Source: Macrostomum lignano (Eukaryota). From it: DNA of 64,000 nucleotides. The notes beneath the pieces are model-generated. The model had not been told where the DNA came from. It made no database searches and was given only the letters and a program-made list of their open reading frames with translations. Both the position numbers and the translations under genes were made by a program. This document shows positions 26,879 to 40,299 of this stretch, piece after piece (within the stretch, counting starts at the first letter, position 1; each line of letters begins with the position of its first letter). The DNA is taken from contig NIVC01002658.1 of assembly GCA_002269645.1 (NCBI GenBank), forward strand, positions 62,001 to 126,000. The letters run 5' to 3'.

Positions 26879-28505
26879 ATATCTGCCTGTAGATTCTGGC
26901 TACGATCTGTCTCTATCCAATACGGATATCTGCCTGTAGATTCTGGCTACGATCTGTCTCTATCCAATACGGATATCTGCCTGTAGATTCGGGCTGCAAT
27001 CTGTCTCTATCCAATACAGATATCTGCCTGTAGATTCGGGCTGCAATCTGTCTCTATCCAATACAGATATCTGCCTGTAGATTCGGGCTACGATCTGTCT
27101 CTATCCAATACGGATATCTGCCTGTAGATTCGGGCTGCAATCTGTCTCTATCCAATACAGGTATCTGCCTGTAGATTCGGGCTGCAATCTGTCTCTATCC
27201 AATACGGATATCTGCCTGTAGATTCGGGCTGCAATCTGTCTCTATCCAATGCGGATATCTGCCTGTAGATTCGGGCTACGATCTGTCTCTATCCAATACG
27301 GATATCTGCCTGTAGATTCGGGCTGCAATCTGTCTCTATCCAATACGGATATCTGCCTGTAGATTCGGGCTACGATCTGTCTCTATCCAATACGGATATC
27401 TGCCTGTAGATTCGGGCTACGATCTGTCTCTATCCAATACAGATATCTGCCTGTAGATTCGGGCTGCAATCTGTCTCTATCCAATACGGATATCTGCCTG
27501 TAGATTCGGGCTGCAATCTGCCTCTATCCAATACGGATATCTGCCTGTAGATTTGGGCTGCAATCTGTCTCTATCGAATACGGATATCTGCCTGTAGATT
27601 CGGGCTGCAATCTGTCTCTATCCAATACGGATATCTGCTTGTAGATTCGGGCTGCAATCTGTCTCTATCCAATGCGGATATCTGCCTGTAGATTCGGGCT
27701 GCAATCTGCCTCTATCCAATACGGATATCTGCTTGTAGATTCGGGCTGCAATCTGTCTCTATCCAATACGGATATCTGCCTGTAGATTCGGGCTGCAATC
27801 TGTCTCTATCCAATGCGGATATCTGCCTGTAGATTCGGGCTACGATCTGTCTCTATCCAATACGGATATCTGCCTGTAGATTCGGGCTGCAATCTGTCTC
27901 TATCCAATGCGGATATCTGCCTGTAGATTCGGGCTGCAATCTGTCTCTATCCAATGCGGATATCTGCCTGTAGATTCGGGCTGCAATCTGTCTCTATCCA
28001 ATACAGATATCTGCCTGTAGATTCGGGCTGCAATCTGTCTCTATCCAATACGGATATCTGCCTGTAGATTCGGGCTGCAATCTGTCTCTATCCAATACGG
28101 ATATCTGCCTGTAGATTCGGGCTACGATCTGTCTCTATCCAATACGGATATCTGCCTGTAGATTCGGGCTACGATCTGTCTCTATCCAATACAGATATCT
28201 GCCTGTAGATTCGGGCTGCAATCTGTCTCTATCCAATACGGATATCTGCCTGTAGATTCGGGCTGCAATCTGCCTCTATCCAATACGGATATCTGCCTGT
28301 AGATTTGGGCTGCAATCTGTCTCTATCGAATACGGATATCTGCCTGTAGATTCGGGCTGCAATCTGTCTCTATCCAATACGGATATCTGCTTGTAGATTC
28401 GGGCTGCAATCTGTCTCTATCCAATGCGGATATCTGCCTGTAGATTCGGGCTGCAATCTGCCTCTATCCAATACGGATATCTGCTTGTAGATTCGGGCTG
28501 CAATA
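26879..28505. repeat. 47-bp satellite B, right arm, ~35 copies
   Basis: Same monomer resumes in register after the TSD. Confidence 0.97.
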
Positions 28506-28546
28506 TCCTGTCAATATAATCAGTAGGGCTGCCATCAGCCCCTGGT

Positions 28547-29122
28547 CTATGCCGCAGTCTGCGTGGTCGATGCCGTATTCTCCAACGCTGAGCTTCGGCC
28601 CTCCGCTGCCAGGCCTTTGCGGTGGCTCCATATGATGACCAAAGGCAGGAAGGTGGCCGGGACGCCAACGATCAGACAGGTGATGATGGGGCTGCCCAGC
28701 AGCAGCTGTACGGCCGAGCTGCAGGCGCGCAAGCTGGCGCCGCCCAGCAGCAGAGAGTAGAAGCAGGCAATGTAGACGGTTGTCAGGCAGAGCAGCGCCA
28801 GGCCGAGCAGCACCGCCAGTCGTTGAGACCAGCCGGCGGCCCGGCGCAGGGTCTGCAGGCTGCAGAGCACGAGGCAGAGGCCGCCCAGGCCGAGGTCGCC
28901 GATGCCCACCAGCAGTGCGAGGCCGGTCCGAACTCGGACGCACTGGGCGGCGAGCTCGAAGCTGCCAACGCAGGCCAGGAAGAAGCCGTGCAGCAGCAGG
29001 GCGGCTCCGCAGGCGCCAACCCTGGCGAAGTCAGTCCGGCGCATCGGCCTGCCATCGTCACTGGCGAACTGGCCGAGCCCGGAGTCGGGCTGGTCAGGCA
29101 GCGGACTGACGGCGGCGGTCAT
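28547..29122 (-). CDS. Intronless 191-aa protein with four predicted TM helices (tetraspan-like, unassigned)
   Basis: ATG to TAG ORF with GC3-rich codons like the neighbouring exons and four ~20-aa hydrophobic stretches. No family recognised. Confidence 0.72.
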   Translation of the reverse strand: MTAAVSPLPDQPDSGLGQFASDDGRPMRRTDFARVGACGAALLLHGFFLACVGSFELAAQCVRVRTGLALLVGIGDLGLGGLCLVLCSLQTLRRAAGWSQRLAVLLGLALLCLTTVYIACFYSLLLGGASLRACSSAVQLLLGSPIITCLIVGVPATFLPLVIIWSHRKGLAAEGRSSALENTASTTQTAA

Positions 29123-29389
29123 GTTGTTGCGGGGCGCGGGTCTGAGCTGCCTGCGAGTGCCGCGGGTCTTGCCTCTTGTATCTAAGACAGCTCACCACCC
29201 CAGCTGTCTTAGGCCTCTGGGATTGGTCCGCGTATAAGGGACAACTTTTTTGTAGAAATCATGTACGGTCATGGACAACTAAAGTCTGCACTCGCAAATC
29301 CTGCAGATTTTTCCGGAGACAATGAAGTTTTTTCGTAAGACTTAAATTTCACATCGCCTTAAAGATTTCAGCATCCAACTTCATCACAT

Positions 29390-29885
29390 CTGAACCTCAT
29401 AACACCTGAGCCTCATAACACCTGAGCCTCATAACACCTGAGCCTCATAACACCTGAGCCTCATAACACCTAAACCTCATAACACCTGAGCCTCTTAACA
29501 CCTGAGCCTCAACACCTGAACCTCATAACACCTGAACCTCATAACACCCGAGCCTCATAACACCTGAGCCTCATCACATCTGAACCTCAACACCTGAACC
29601 TCATAACACCTGAACTTCATAACACCTGAGCCTCATAACACCTGAACCTCATAACACCTGAACCTCATAACACCTGAACCTCATAACACCCGAGCCTCAT
29701 AACACCTGAACCTCATAAAATCTGAACCTCATAACACCTGAGCCTCATAACACCTGAACCTCATAACACCTGAGCCTAATTAACACCTGAGCCTCATCAC
29801 ATCTGAACCTTGGTCATTAACGCCTGGGCCTCAATGCGTAAACCCCATAACACCTAAACCGTATAACACCTGAACCTCATGACAC
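29390..29885. repeat. 16-bp minisatellite (ATAACACCTGA(G/A)CCTC)
   Basis: About 30 imperfect copies. Confidence 0.9.
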
Positions 29886-30417
29886 CTAAACCTATGGGGT
29901 TTAAACCTAATATCTATATCTATAATATTATCTATATCTATAATATTAGGAATGACTTGGCAGCCATCCCGATAGCCAATATTGATGCATCAGCATTTCA
30001 TGCCCCCCACATAAACGGCTTGCCTTAGCAGAATTTTATCGACAGAAATCTGTTCGATGCCCGCCGACAGCACCTGATATCCGTTGCGTGTCAACCCGAG
30101 CCTTTGCATCGGAAACGCCTTCCTCGTTTCCCTCAGGCCTTCCGCCAACACTTTTCCCGTAGGGGGGGGGGGGGGTAGGGGGGGGCTAGGCAATCCGAAT
30201 TCTTGTCTCCGCGATGTAGATTACAAATCTAAGCTAAAATTATTTTGATTGCCACAGTTCGATCTACCTTTGAGTTTTAGGCAGGTACCTGTACCAGGTA
30301 CAGGGATTTATAAGGTGGGAAGGCAGCTGTCAGTGTGTTTTACAGTTCTGTGCATTTTCTACGTACTGTGTTTACAATAATTTAGTTTTAATGTATGCTT
30401 GATAATTACTGTTTGTT

Positions 30418-30722
30418 TATTGTCACTGTGTTTATTATCATTGTGTTTGTACCATCATTGTGTTTGTACCATCATTGTGTTTGTACCATCATTGTGTTTG
30501 TACCATCATTGTGTTTGTACCATCATTGTGTTTGTACCATCATTGTGTTTGTACCATCATTGTGTTTGTACCATCATTGTGTTTGTACCATCATTGTGTT
30601 TATACCATCATTGTGTTTATACCATCATTGTGTTTATACTATCATTGTGTTTGTACCATCATTGTGTTTGTACTATCATTGTGTTTATACCGTCATTGTG
30701 TTTATACCATCATTGTGTTTAT
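30418..30722. repeat. 17-bp minisatellite (CATCATTGTGTTT(G/A)TAC)
   Basis: About 18 copies; explains the CLYHHCV ORFs. Confidence 0.92.
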
Positions 30723-33167
30723 ATTATGTGTTAACTATCATTTTGCTTACTATAGTTGTGTTTTCTACAAGTATGCTTACGGTCAGTGATAGCGAACCCC
30801 AAATCTGCGGCCACTCACTAATTTGTTTGAAGTCTCTATTTAGCCTACTAACAGTAGTGAAAGAGAGGTTGCTAAAATACATGTAGAGCATGATTGTTGT
30901 CAAAAGCTTTGTACTACGTTGAAACACAAAACTTTAATCACCATAAATGCTGGCAGAAAAGAAAACAAGCTACATCAAAAAATCATTCCTATAGTCTACA
31001 ATGAAACTAAAATGGATTATAAAATCTGTAACAAGGACCCTCAGCTGACAGGATTGCATCATACTCGTACAATCCCCATCTTGACTATCGCGTGACCCTC
31101 AGCTGACAGGATTGCATTATACAATCCCTATCTTGGCTATTGATGACCTTCAGCTGACAATGAGGCAATTATTCAAACAAAAATCTTGAGAAGCTGACAG
31201 CTGACATCACGTGACCCTAGGTAGTTAAGCCCCCAGAGTCCGGTTGTAATAACGGCTGACATTCTCAGGCCATTCCTTCCTCGACGCTGGCCTCCCGGAC
31301 CTTCCATCTTTGATTTCCGAATGCCGGGGCACTCGCAGAGAATCGTACTCAAGAGTCGCTCACTCCCAGGAACATCCGCAGCTGCCAGCCGCAGCGAGGA
31401 GCGCGGACGGATTGGAGACGAAATACGAAAATTGAAGCACTTGGGAAATCGGCTAAGAGCCCCGGCAACTGCGGCCGAGGCCACTTGACTAAGGGGTGCC
31501 TGTGCTTGCTTTACAGCAGAACAGCGGGAGGGAGAGAGGGCTTGATGCAGCTAACGAAGGAGCGCAGTTAGCGTACGCACATCATATGAAAGCAGCAATA
31601 TTTTGCCTCTTAGGCTCATCAACAGCGTCTTGTTTACCCCGGCAATCACCGCTTGATAGAGGAAACAGCCAGCTAGAGAGCTCTCCTTCTTAGTCGGATT
31701 TTTGGTACCGATGCGGAGAATCTGCCACTTTTTAATTAAAAACCTTGGGTTTGAACGAGGCACGACGGTCTTGGAATTCCGTCAAAAATTGATGCTGGAT
31801 TGAGAGGCCTTTGATTTCGTCCCTTTTTAGCATAACAGCGTCTTTCGTCGGCGAACGTCATGTAATGTAAGAGTACATATTTTAAGCTACGTCGAACTAC
31901 TGTACGTGTTCGGGTATATGCCTATAAGGCTTGGCCATAGACAGTGTGCTTTTAAACGAGCCTCAGACTTTCTTCAACACGATTTTCGAGACTCCAGTCC
32001 TAAGAGATTAAGACGTCCTTGACTATACCATGACAGCGGTCGTAACTTTCACTCTGCTGCAGTAAAATTGAAACAACAGTAAGTAATAATATTAATAACT
32101 AATTTTTTGTTTGGACAGATACGTCAGTAACCTATATACTAATTTGCACTCCAGCTGGTGGGGACTCTGACTAAAACGCTGCTGAAAAAGGCTGCGACTG
32201 ATCGTTCGAGATGACGCCTTAACTTTTTCGCGTTTTAGCCCTAGCTACATGTATATATGCAGCCACTATTGTCTATTATCACTATTGGCCTGTTGCCAGT
32301 TTCCAATGCTACATGGTCAACTACAGTAGCCGTCTCTCAAATATTTCTGCTTCTGTTGGCCATGTTAATAAATTTTAAAATCAAACGCCAACAATCATTA
32401 TGAATTTGGGCCTTCAATAAAACCTATAAAACTATTGGCTTGTGGGTGCCTGCTTATCTGGTTGTTCTGTTATTCAGCTTTCGCATGCCCATTGAAGTGC
32501 AAACAGTGGTTGCCTCCAGTAATCTTGTTCCAAGTCGCATCACAAGGAAGACATCATCGTCATCATCAGTCCAGGCCAGCATCCATCAGACCAAAGACAA
32601 GGCAGATATGCGGCTGGGAGGCCCATCCCGAGAGAGAGCTACCCCCCCCCCCGCCATCCCCTCCGCGTGCTGGCACTCGCACGGTATTTTTGCAATTAGC
32701 TGTCTAACCATGCACCAGCGCACCGGGCATAAACACACGGGCACGATCCCCCTCCATTGCATTTCCCAGTGGATCTTTCCTAGCAGAAGTATAAGACAAG
32801 TTTGGGGATCCATATTGTTCCCTTATATAGTACTGTCTATATAAGCACAGTCCGAAAAATAGCAGTCGAAGTTAATCTAGCAAAAAACGGCAATTTAGTA
32901 ACTGGATACACGGCGGGGCCATCTGGAACTTGGTTCTGGTTTCACCAGTCAGCTGACACTCTGCAGGGACGATGCTTCATCACTGACCCAGTTACTAGCA
33001 TTTTTAGCTATTTAATTTTCATCATTTGTTTATTGATCTTCAAGTGTCTGCAATGACTGACGGAGCAGGATTTCAGACTTTCGCGTTAGCAGCTGGGAAA
33101 TGCATGTAGTTGATAAGGTCTCGCTGTGTGGCACTTGCAGATTCTCTGTCAGTAAAAATAACAGGAC

Positions 33168-34090
33168 AGAAACTGCTGTCAGTGGCGGATTCTCAATCTG
33201 TACAGCAGAGAAACTGCTGTCAGTGGCAGATTCTCAATCAGTACAAGAGAGAAACTGCTGTCAGTGGCCGATTCTCAATCGGTACAAGAGAGAAACTGCT
33301 GTCAGTGGCCGATTCTCAATCGGTACAAGAGAGAAACTGCTGTCAGTGGCAGATTCTCAATCTGTACAAGAGAGAAACTGCTGTCAGTGGCAGATTCTCA
33401 ATCTGTACAAGAGTGAAACTGCTGTCAGTGGCGGATTCTCAATCGGTACAAGAGAGAAACTGCTGTCAGTGGCGGATTCTCAATCGGTACAAGAGAGAAA
33501 CTGCTGTCAGTGGCCGATTCTCAATCGGTACAAGACAGAAACTGCTGTCAGTGGCGGATTCTCAATTGGTACAAGAGAGAAACTGCTGTCAGTGGCCGAT
33601 TCTCAATCTGTACAAGACAGAAACTGCTGTCAGTGGCGGATTCTCAATCGGTACAAGACAGAAACTGCTGTCAGTGGCAGATTCTCAATCTGTACAAGAG
33701 AGAAACTGCTGTCAGTGGCAGATTCTCAATCTGTACAAGAGAGAAACTGCTGTCAGTGGCAGATTCTCAATCAGTACAAGAGAGAAACTGCTGTCAGTGG
33801 CCGATTCTCAATCGGTACAAGAGTGAAACTGCTGTCAGTGGCAGATTCTCAATCTGTACAAGAGAGAAACTGCTGTCAGTGGCGGATTCTCAATTGGTAC
33901 AAGAGAGAAACTGCTGTCAGTGGCGGATTCTCAATCTGTACAAGAGATAAACTGCATTCAGTGGCGGATTCTCAATCGGTACAAGACAGAAACTGCTGTC
34001 AGTGGCAGATTCTCAATCTGTACAAGAGAGAAACTGCTGTCAGTGGCAGATTCTCAATCTGTACAAGAGAGAAACTGCTGTCAGTGGCAG
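33168..34090. repeat. 41-bp minisatellite (TCAGTGGCAGATTCTCAATCTGTACAAGAGAGAAACTGCTG)
   Basis: About 22 copies; explains the RETAVSG ORFs. Confidence 0.95.
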
Positions 34091-34499
34091 ATCTGTCTCA
34101 GGCATCAATTGTAAGCTAAATTTAGGAGTGTCACAATAGACAGCTCCCCAAAAAATGGACGCTGAGTAGCGGAGCACAATTGAAAGTCGGCAAGGAGAGA
34201 TTGGTCAGACCAAAGCAGGTAATTCTCTCATTCTGTCAGCTCATCAACCTTTCAGCGCTGGGCTCAGTGAGGCGGTTGGAGCACCAGCTGCACTCAAAGG
34301 CAGCAGCTTCTTCCTGAACGACTAAAGTGGAGATCCATGAGTCGAGTGGTCTCAAAATCTTTTTTTGAAATTCAATTTTAATTGTTAAAACGGCGGCATT
34401 GAGTCTGCAGTAAAAATGATTTATTCTGAATATAATACGATGAACTGTATTTTTACTCAGTCTCACAGATCTCTCTCAAACAAACTCACACTCGTGTAG

Positions 34500-35460
34500 T
34501 CTCACAACTCTCACACCATCTCAGACTGTCGCACGACCTCACTCACTGTCTTACTCTCACTCTCCGTCTCAGCCTCAATCACTGTCTCACTCTCACTCTC
34601 TGTCTCACTCTCACTCTCACTCACTGTCTCACTCTCACTCACTGTCTCACTCTCACTCTCTGTCTCACCCTCACTCACTGTCTCACTCTCACTCACTGTC
34701 TCACTCTCACTCACTGTCTCACCCTCACTCTCTGTCTCACTCTCACTCACTGTCTCACTCTCACTCTCTGTCTCACTCTCACTCCCTGTCTCACTCTCAC
34801 TCTCTGTCTCACTCTCACTCACTGTCTCACTCTCACTCACTGTCTCACTCTCACTCACTTTCTCACTCTCACTCTCTGTCTCACTCTCACTCACTTTCTC
34901 ACTCTCAATTACTGTCTCACTCTCACTCTCACTCACTGTCTCACTCTCACTCACTGTCTCACTCTCACTCTCTGTCTCACCCTCACTCTCTGTCTCACTC
35001 TCACTCCTTGTCTCACTCTCACTCTCTGTCTCACCCTCACTCTCTGTCTCACTCTCACTCCCTGTCTCACCCTCACTCTCTGTCTCACTCTCACTCCCTG
35101 TCTCACTCTCACTCTCTGTCTCACTCTCACTCTCTGTCTCACTCTCGCTCACTGTCTCACTCTCACTCCCTGTCTCACTCTCACTCACTGTCTCACGCTC
35201 TCACACAGTCTCACACTCTCACAGTCTCAGACTTTCACACAGTGTCACTCTCACACAGCCTCACACTCACACACAATTTCAGACTGTCACACAATCTCAT
35301 AATCTCACTCAACATCTCACATTCTCCTTTACACTCTCACACAATCTCACTCACTCCCACTCTAGATCTCACTCTAGATCTCACTCTAGATCTCACTCTA
35401 GATCTCACTCTAGATCTCACTCTAGATCTCACTCTAGATCTCACTCTAGATCTCACACCA
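34500..35460. repeat. CT/CA-rich low-complexity array (TCTCAC variants), ending in a 12-bp CTCTAGATCTCA run
   Basis: Directly visible; source of the SESET ORF. Confidence 0.9.
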
Positions 35461-36176
35461 AATCTCACCAGCACTCCCAATCTGAGTCCAACTCAGAATC
35501 TCTCACTAAAAGCTTCCCTCGCGCCATCATCGCCGCAGTGATTCGCCCTCAAATTCGAATTTCGATCTGTCAGTTTTCTCTCGCTTTCAAAACACAGGCG
35601 GGGCCGCCATCGACTGCCCCCCGCTGCAGTGCTGCCGCGCCCGTCGAAGCGGCAAGCTCAAGCCGGACCCCCCCCCCCAGCTCCCCATGCATGCGGACCT
35701 AATGAGCCGGGCCCTTGGCTTACTTCATCTTCAATCGTCCTCAGCTTGCACGCCACGCAATCATCGACCCCCCATCTGATTTCGCATGTCTCGCCTTCCA
35801 GAAGTGCAGAATATCAGTACTCAGTTGCTATCATGCCGGCTATGCGATTCGGAAACTTGAATGTTTTACTTTCTCGAGGCTTGTCCGATTGTTCGGAGAG
35901 TCTGAGAACTGTGACGTCATCTGACAAATAATTACGAGCTGATTAAATGTCCTCACGCCCTCGTAACGTCATCACAAAATTGAAAAGAAACCCCCAAGCC
36001 AGTTAGAATCTAGCAAAGGCCTTCTCTGTCAAAGGCCTGATTAGTCAAAAGGTCAATAAGGGCTCAAGGCGGGCCCGCTGGCTAAACAAGATTTCTAGTC
36101 AATTAAACAATTAATTATCCTGACTGCAGACCCTCGATTTCGGTGTCCGAGAAGCTAATTATTATAGCCTTTTTTT

Positions 36177-36914
<738 letters not shown>

Positions 36915-38503
36915 GGTTCGCCCATCTGTGACAACAATTTGCCCTCCATGCCCAGCGAGCAGTTTGCAGCCAATGGCTGAATCGCACAGGACTGGCTGAA
37001 GGCAGAATGGCTGAATCGCACAGGACTGGCTGAAGGCAGAATGGCTGAATCGCCGCTGTCGGGGATTCGCTGAAGGCAGTGGAATAAATTCAAAGCTGAC
37101 GAGAGTCCACAGCTGAGCAGTCAAGGAAAACTGATTGCAGTCCCAGGCGAGGATTGGGATACGGAAATCGCATAAACTGTCTGACGTGGTGAGTGGCAAC
37201 TGTGTTTAAAATTATTGTTAAAGAGTTCTGGTTAGGGTTATGACTGGGTTTGTGACGAAAGTGCGTCGGGACGGTGCCAGTCGCCACCCCGTAATCAGAG
37301 ACGGATGTGCGAGTCCGAGTAGCCTCATTCGATCCGGCTCGCTCATGCGTCCAAAGGATGCTAACGAAAGAAACGAGAAGCAAGGAAAATTGAGAGAAAT
37401 CAGAAATCCAATCTTCCTTTTAGACTTTTCCGTAACTCAGTTCGTATAGGGAGATGGAAAATAAATAATTAGCCTAGGAAGCGGTCATGGGATCTCAAGT
37501 ATGAAGGTAGTCGGATCTGATCTTATCTGTATTCATTTCGGTCAGTCAGTTGCCATGGCTTTACGGCTAAGCAGCTCGTAGACGCGCAGGTACAGGTTCC
37601 AATTAATGGAAGAGGAGAGAGAGATGCCAGACTTGTTCTTGTAACTGTGGGGCCGAGCTGTCAGCTTTGAGTGACGCTTGGCACGCAACATATGGCTGGG
37701 AAGCAGCCGAAATACTTTCTCTCCGGTTTAACAAGAGAGAAATCCCGAGTCTGATGATGGCTGCTGCAAGTTGCCGACCTGCCGAATTGGGAAGCGTAAG
37801 TAGGCGCTGAAATCCTCTTAAGCGGGCTGGTGGCAGACCCGCAGCAGCGGGCACTTCGTGTTTCACTGAAAACTATCCCAACCGAGTTTTTCACCCCTTC
37901 ATTTCGGCCCTGCGCCTCCCGCTATTGAGTTTCGTCTTTTGCGTTTCGTTTCCGATTCCAGCAACATGCAGTCCTGGGTGGTCCTGGACTGCCATAACGT
38001 TTCATAACTTGGTCCAACACTTCAGTCTCTCCTCTGCAGCGCAATCCCTCACAGTAAAAAGGTACTCGAGCGCAGGAATACGCTATGAATATGCTAATTA
38101 ATTGCGGCTAGGAGTGCAAATTGAAGGAAATCCGGGCGGCCATTGAAGCGGAAAGGGCTGCGCTGAGCAAACGGAGTGCCCCACGCCCCGTCTCTCCAGT
38201 CCGCCCTAAGCCACGAAGTTGTTTGCCCCGACAAGCCAAGATGGCGTTGCAAAGCAGAGAGAGAGGAGAGAGCAGATTTCTGCTTCAAGGATGCGAGCGT
38301 CCGGCGACTTATTAATGGGAGCGGAGCTCTCCGGAATGCATTCAATCTTTCGCAGTCCACTAAACTTGGCTCTCTGCGGCTCTCGCTTTCACGTTTGTGC
38401 ATTCGCAGATTTGGCGAGCCTTCCATCATGGCGGTTGATTGCAGGGTTATGAGGCGAAGGGCTGCTTGAGTAATAGTAGCTGAAAGTCATTTTCCCAATG
38501 TCA

Positions 38504-38905
38504 GCGTGATTTTTGTTATAATAGTTAGCTGGGCTGATTTGAAACTGCGTGATTTTTGTTATAATAGTTAGCTGGGCTGATTTGAAACTGCGTGATTTTT
38601 GTTATAATAGTTAGCTGGGCTGATTTGAAACTGCGTGATTTTTGTTATAATAGTTAGCTAGGCTGATTTGAAACTGCGTGATTTTTGTTATAACAGTTAG
38701 CTGGGCTGATTTGAAACTGCGTGATTTTTGTTATAATAGTTAGCTGGGCTGATTTGAAACTGCGTGATTTTTGTTATAATAGTTAGCTGGGCTGATTTGA
38801 AACTGCGTGATTTTTGTTATAATAGTTAGCTGGGCTGATTTGAAACTGCGTGATTTTTGTTATAATAGTTAGCTGGGCTGATTTGAAACGGCGTGATTTT
38901 TGTTT
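38504..38905. repeat. 43-bp minisatellite (GCGTGATTTTTGTTATAATAGTTAGCTGGGCTGATTTGAAACT)
   Basis: About 9 near-identical copies. Confidence 0.93.
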
Positions 38906-39204
38906 CTAAAAAATCTATTTAATCGGTTATTGACTTTCTTCTTTTTTCCCGGAGTTTTCTCCTTTCAACACAAAAAGGAAGCAAGCTTGGCAAAATATTG
39001 GAGAAAATATTTGAAAAAATGAGGCAGAATTGCAGACTCGGGACACTCCAATTAATGATCATACTTTGAAGATTTTGAGGAAAAGACGCGCGCATAAGCT
39101 TGAAATATGAATTTCTTTAGCTAACTACGTTTCAGTGGGGCTGGCGGTACTGGTATAGCTTCTGGTGAGGGCAATAAGAATGTCAATCAATGTTGATGGC
39201 GCGC

Positions 39205-39790
39205 TAAAATCAGTGGTGATGAGGCACCAAAAACAGTGCTCATGGCGCCATATCAGTGCTCATGGCGCCAAAATCAAAGCTGATGACGCCAAAATCAGTG
39301 CTGATGGCGCCAAAATCAGTGCTGATGACGCCAAAATCAGTGCTGATGGCGCCAAAATCAGTGCTGATGACGCCAAAATCAGTGCTCAAGGCGCCAAAAT
39401 CAGTGCTGATGACGCCAAAATCAGTGCTGATGGCGCCAAAATCAGTGCTGATGGCGCCAAAATCAGTGCTCATGGCGCCAAAATCAAAGCTGATGACGCC
39501 AAAATCAGTGCTGATGGCGCCAAAATCAGTGCTGATGGCGCCAAAATCAGTGCTCATGGCGCCAAAATCAAAGCTGATGACGCCAAAATCAGTGCTGATG
39601 GCGCCAAAATCAGTGCTGATGGCGCCAAAATCAGTGCTGATGACGCCAAAATCAGTGCTGATGGCGCCAAAATCAGTGCTGATGGCGCCAAAATCAGTGC
39701 TCATGGCGCCAAAATCAAAGCTGATGACGCCAAAATCAGTGCTGATGACGCCAAAATCAGGGCTGATGGCGCCAAAATCAGTGGTGATGG
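39205..39790. repeat. 21-bp minisatellite (CGCCAAAATCAGTGCTGATGG)
   Basis: About 27 copies; open in several frames (AKISADG). Confidence 0.93.
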
Positions 39791-40299
39791 CGCGCCAGAA
39801 TCTTGCCTACCAAAGTCTCGTCTGGAACTACAAAATATGGATTTAGTCTTGAGCCCTATAAAATTGAGTGCTATTTTGTAATAAAAGGTGAACTATTAAT
39901 TTATCTAGGCACCGGACTCCCGTGACGGATTTTAACATCGGCAGTGAGGCTGCAGTCCTGTCAGCAGGCTTGACTTCAGTTGACAGCAATTACTCAAAAT
40001 TATGGCCCATAATAAATATTTACGAGCAGAATTAAAGTCGGCAGTTTGGTTAATACACCACAGCTCATGGTATCCGAGGCAATTCATATTTCTACTATCA
40101 CTATATGCAAGCCTCCTGAGAATTAGAAATTTCAGCGGCTCGGTGTGGATCTTGGGAAAAACTTTTGACGTAGGTCTGACCCGAAACTTCTCTGGATTAG
40201 AAATTTTATAATCCTGGAATGGGCTGCCAATTGAAATTCTATTTATACTTTATAGTTGTTGCAATAAACTTGATTTAAACACCTTGACTTGACTTGAAC

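Noticed and set aside
13981-28505. CRISPR-like regular repeat array
   Set aside because: Monomers are head-to-tail with no unique spacers, there are no cas genes, and the context is eukaryotic.
30160-30190. G-run with quadruplex potential
   Set aside because: Isolated homopolymer with no context linking it to a feature; homopolymer length is unreliable in assemblies.
33100-34119. 339-aa Cys-containing repeat ORF
   Set aside because: Product of the 41-bp minisatellite cycling through frames.
34511-35188. 225-aa Ser/Glu/Thr ORF
   Set aside because: Translation of TCTCAC low-complexity DNA.
37200-38470. GC-moderate region with short ORFs (e.g. 38121..38315)
   Set aside because: No recognisable domain or consistent splice chain; may be a decayed TE but cannot be supported.
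39165-39881. 238-aa AKISADG-repeat ORF resembling a solenoid or antifreeze protein
   Set aside because: The ORF is almost coextensive with a 21-bp array, is open in several frames, starts at GTG and has no unique domain. Would need RNA evidence.
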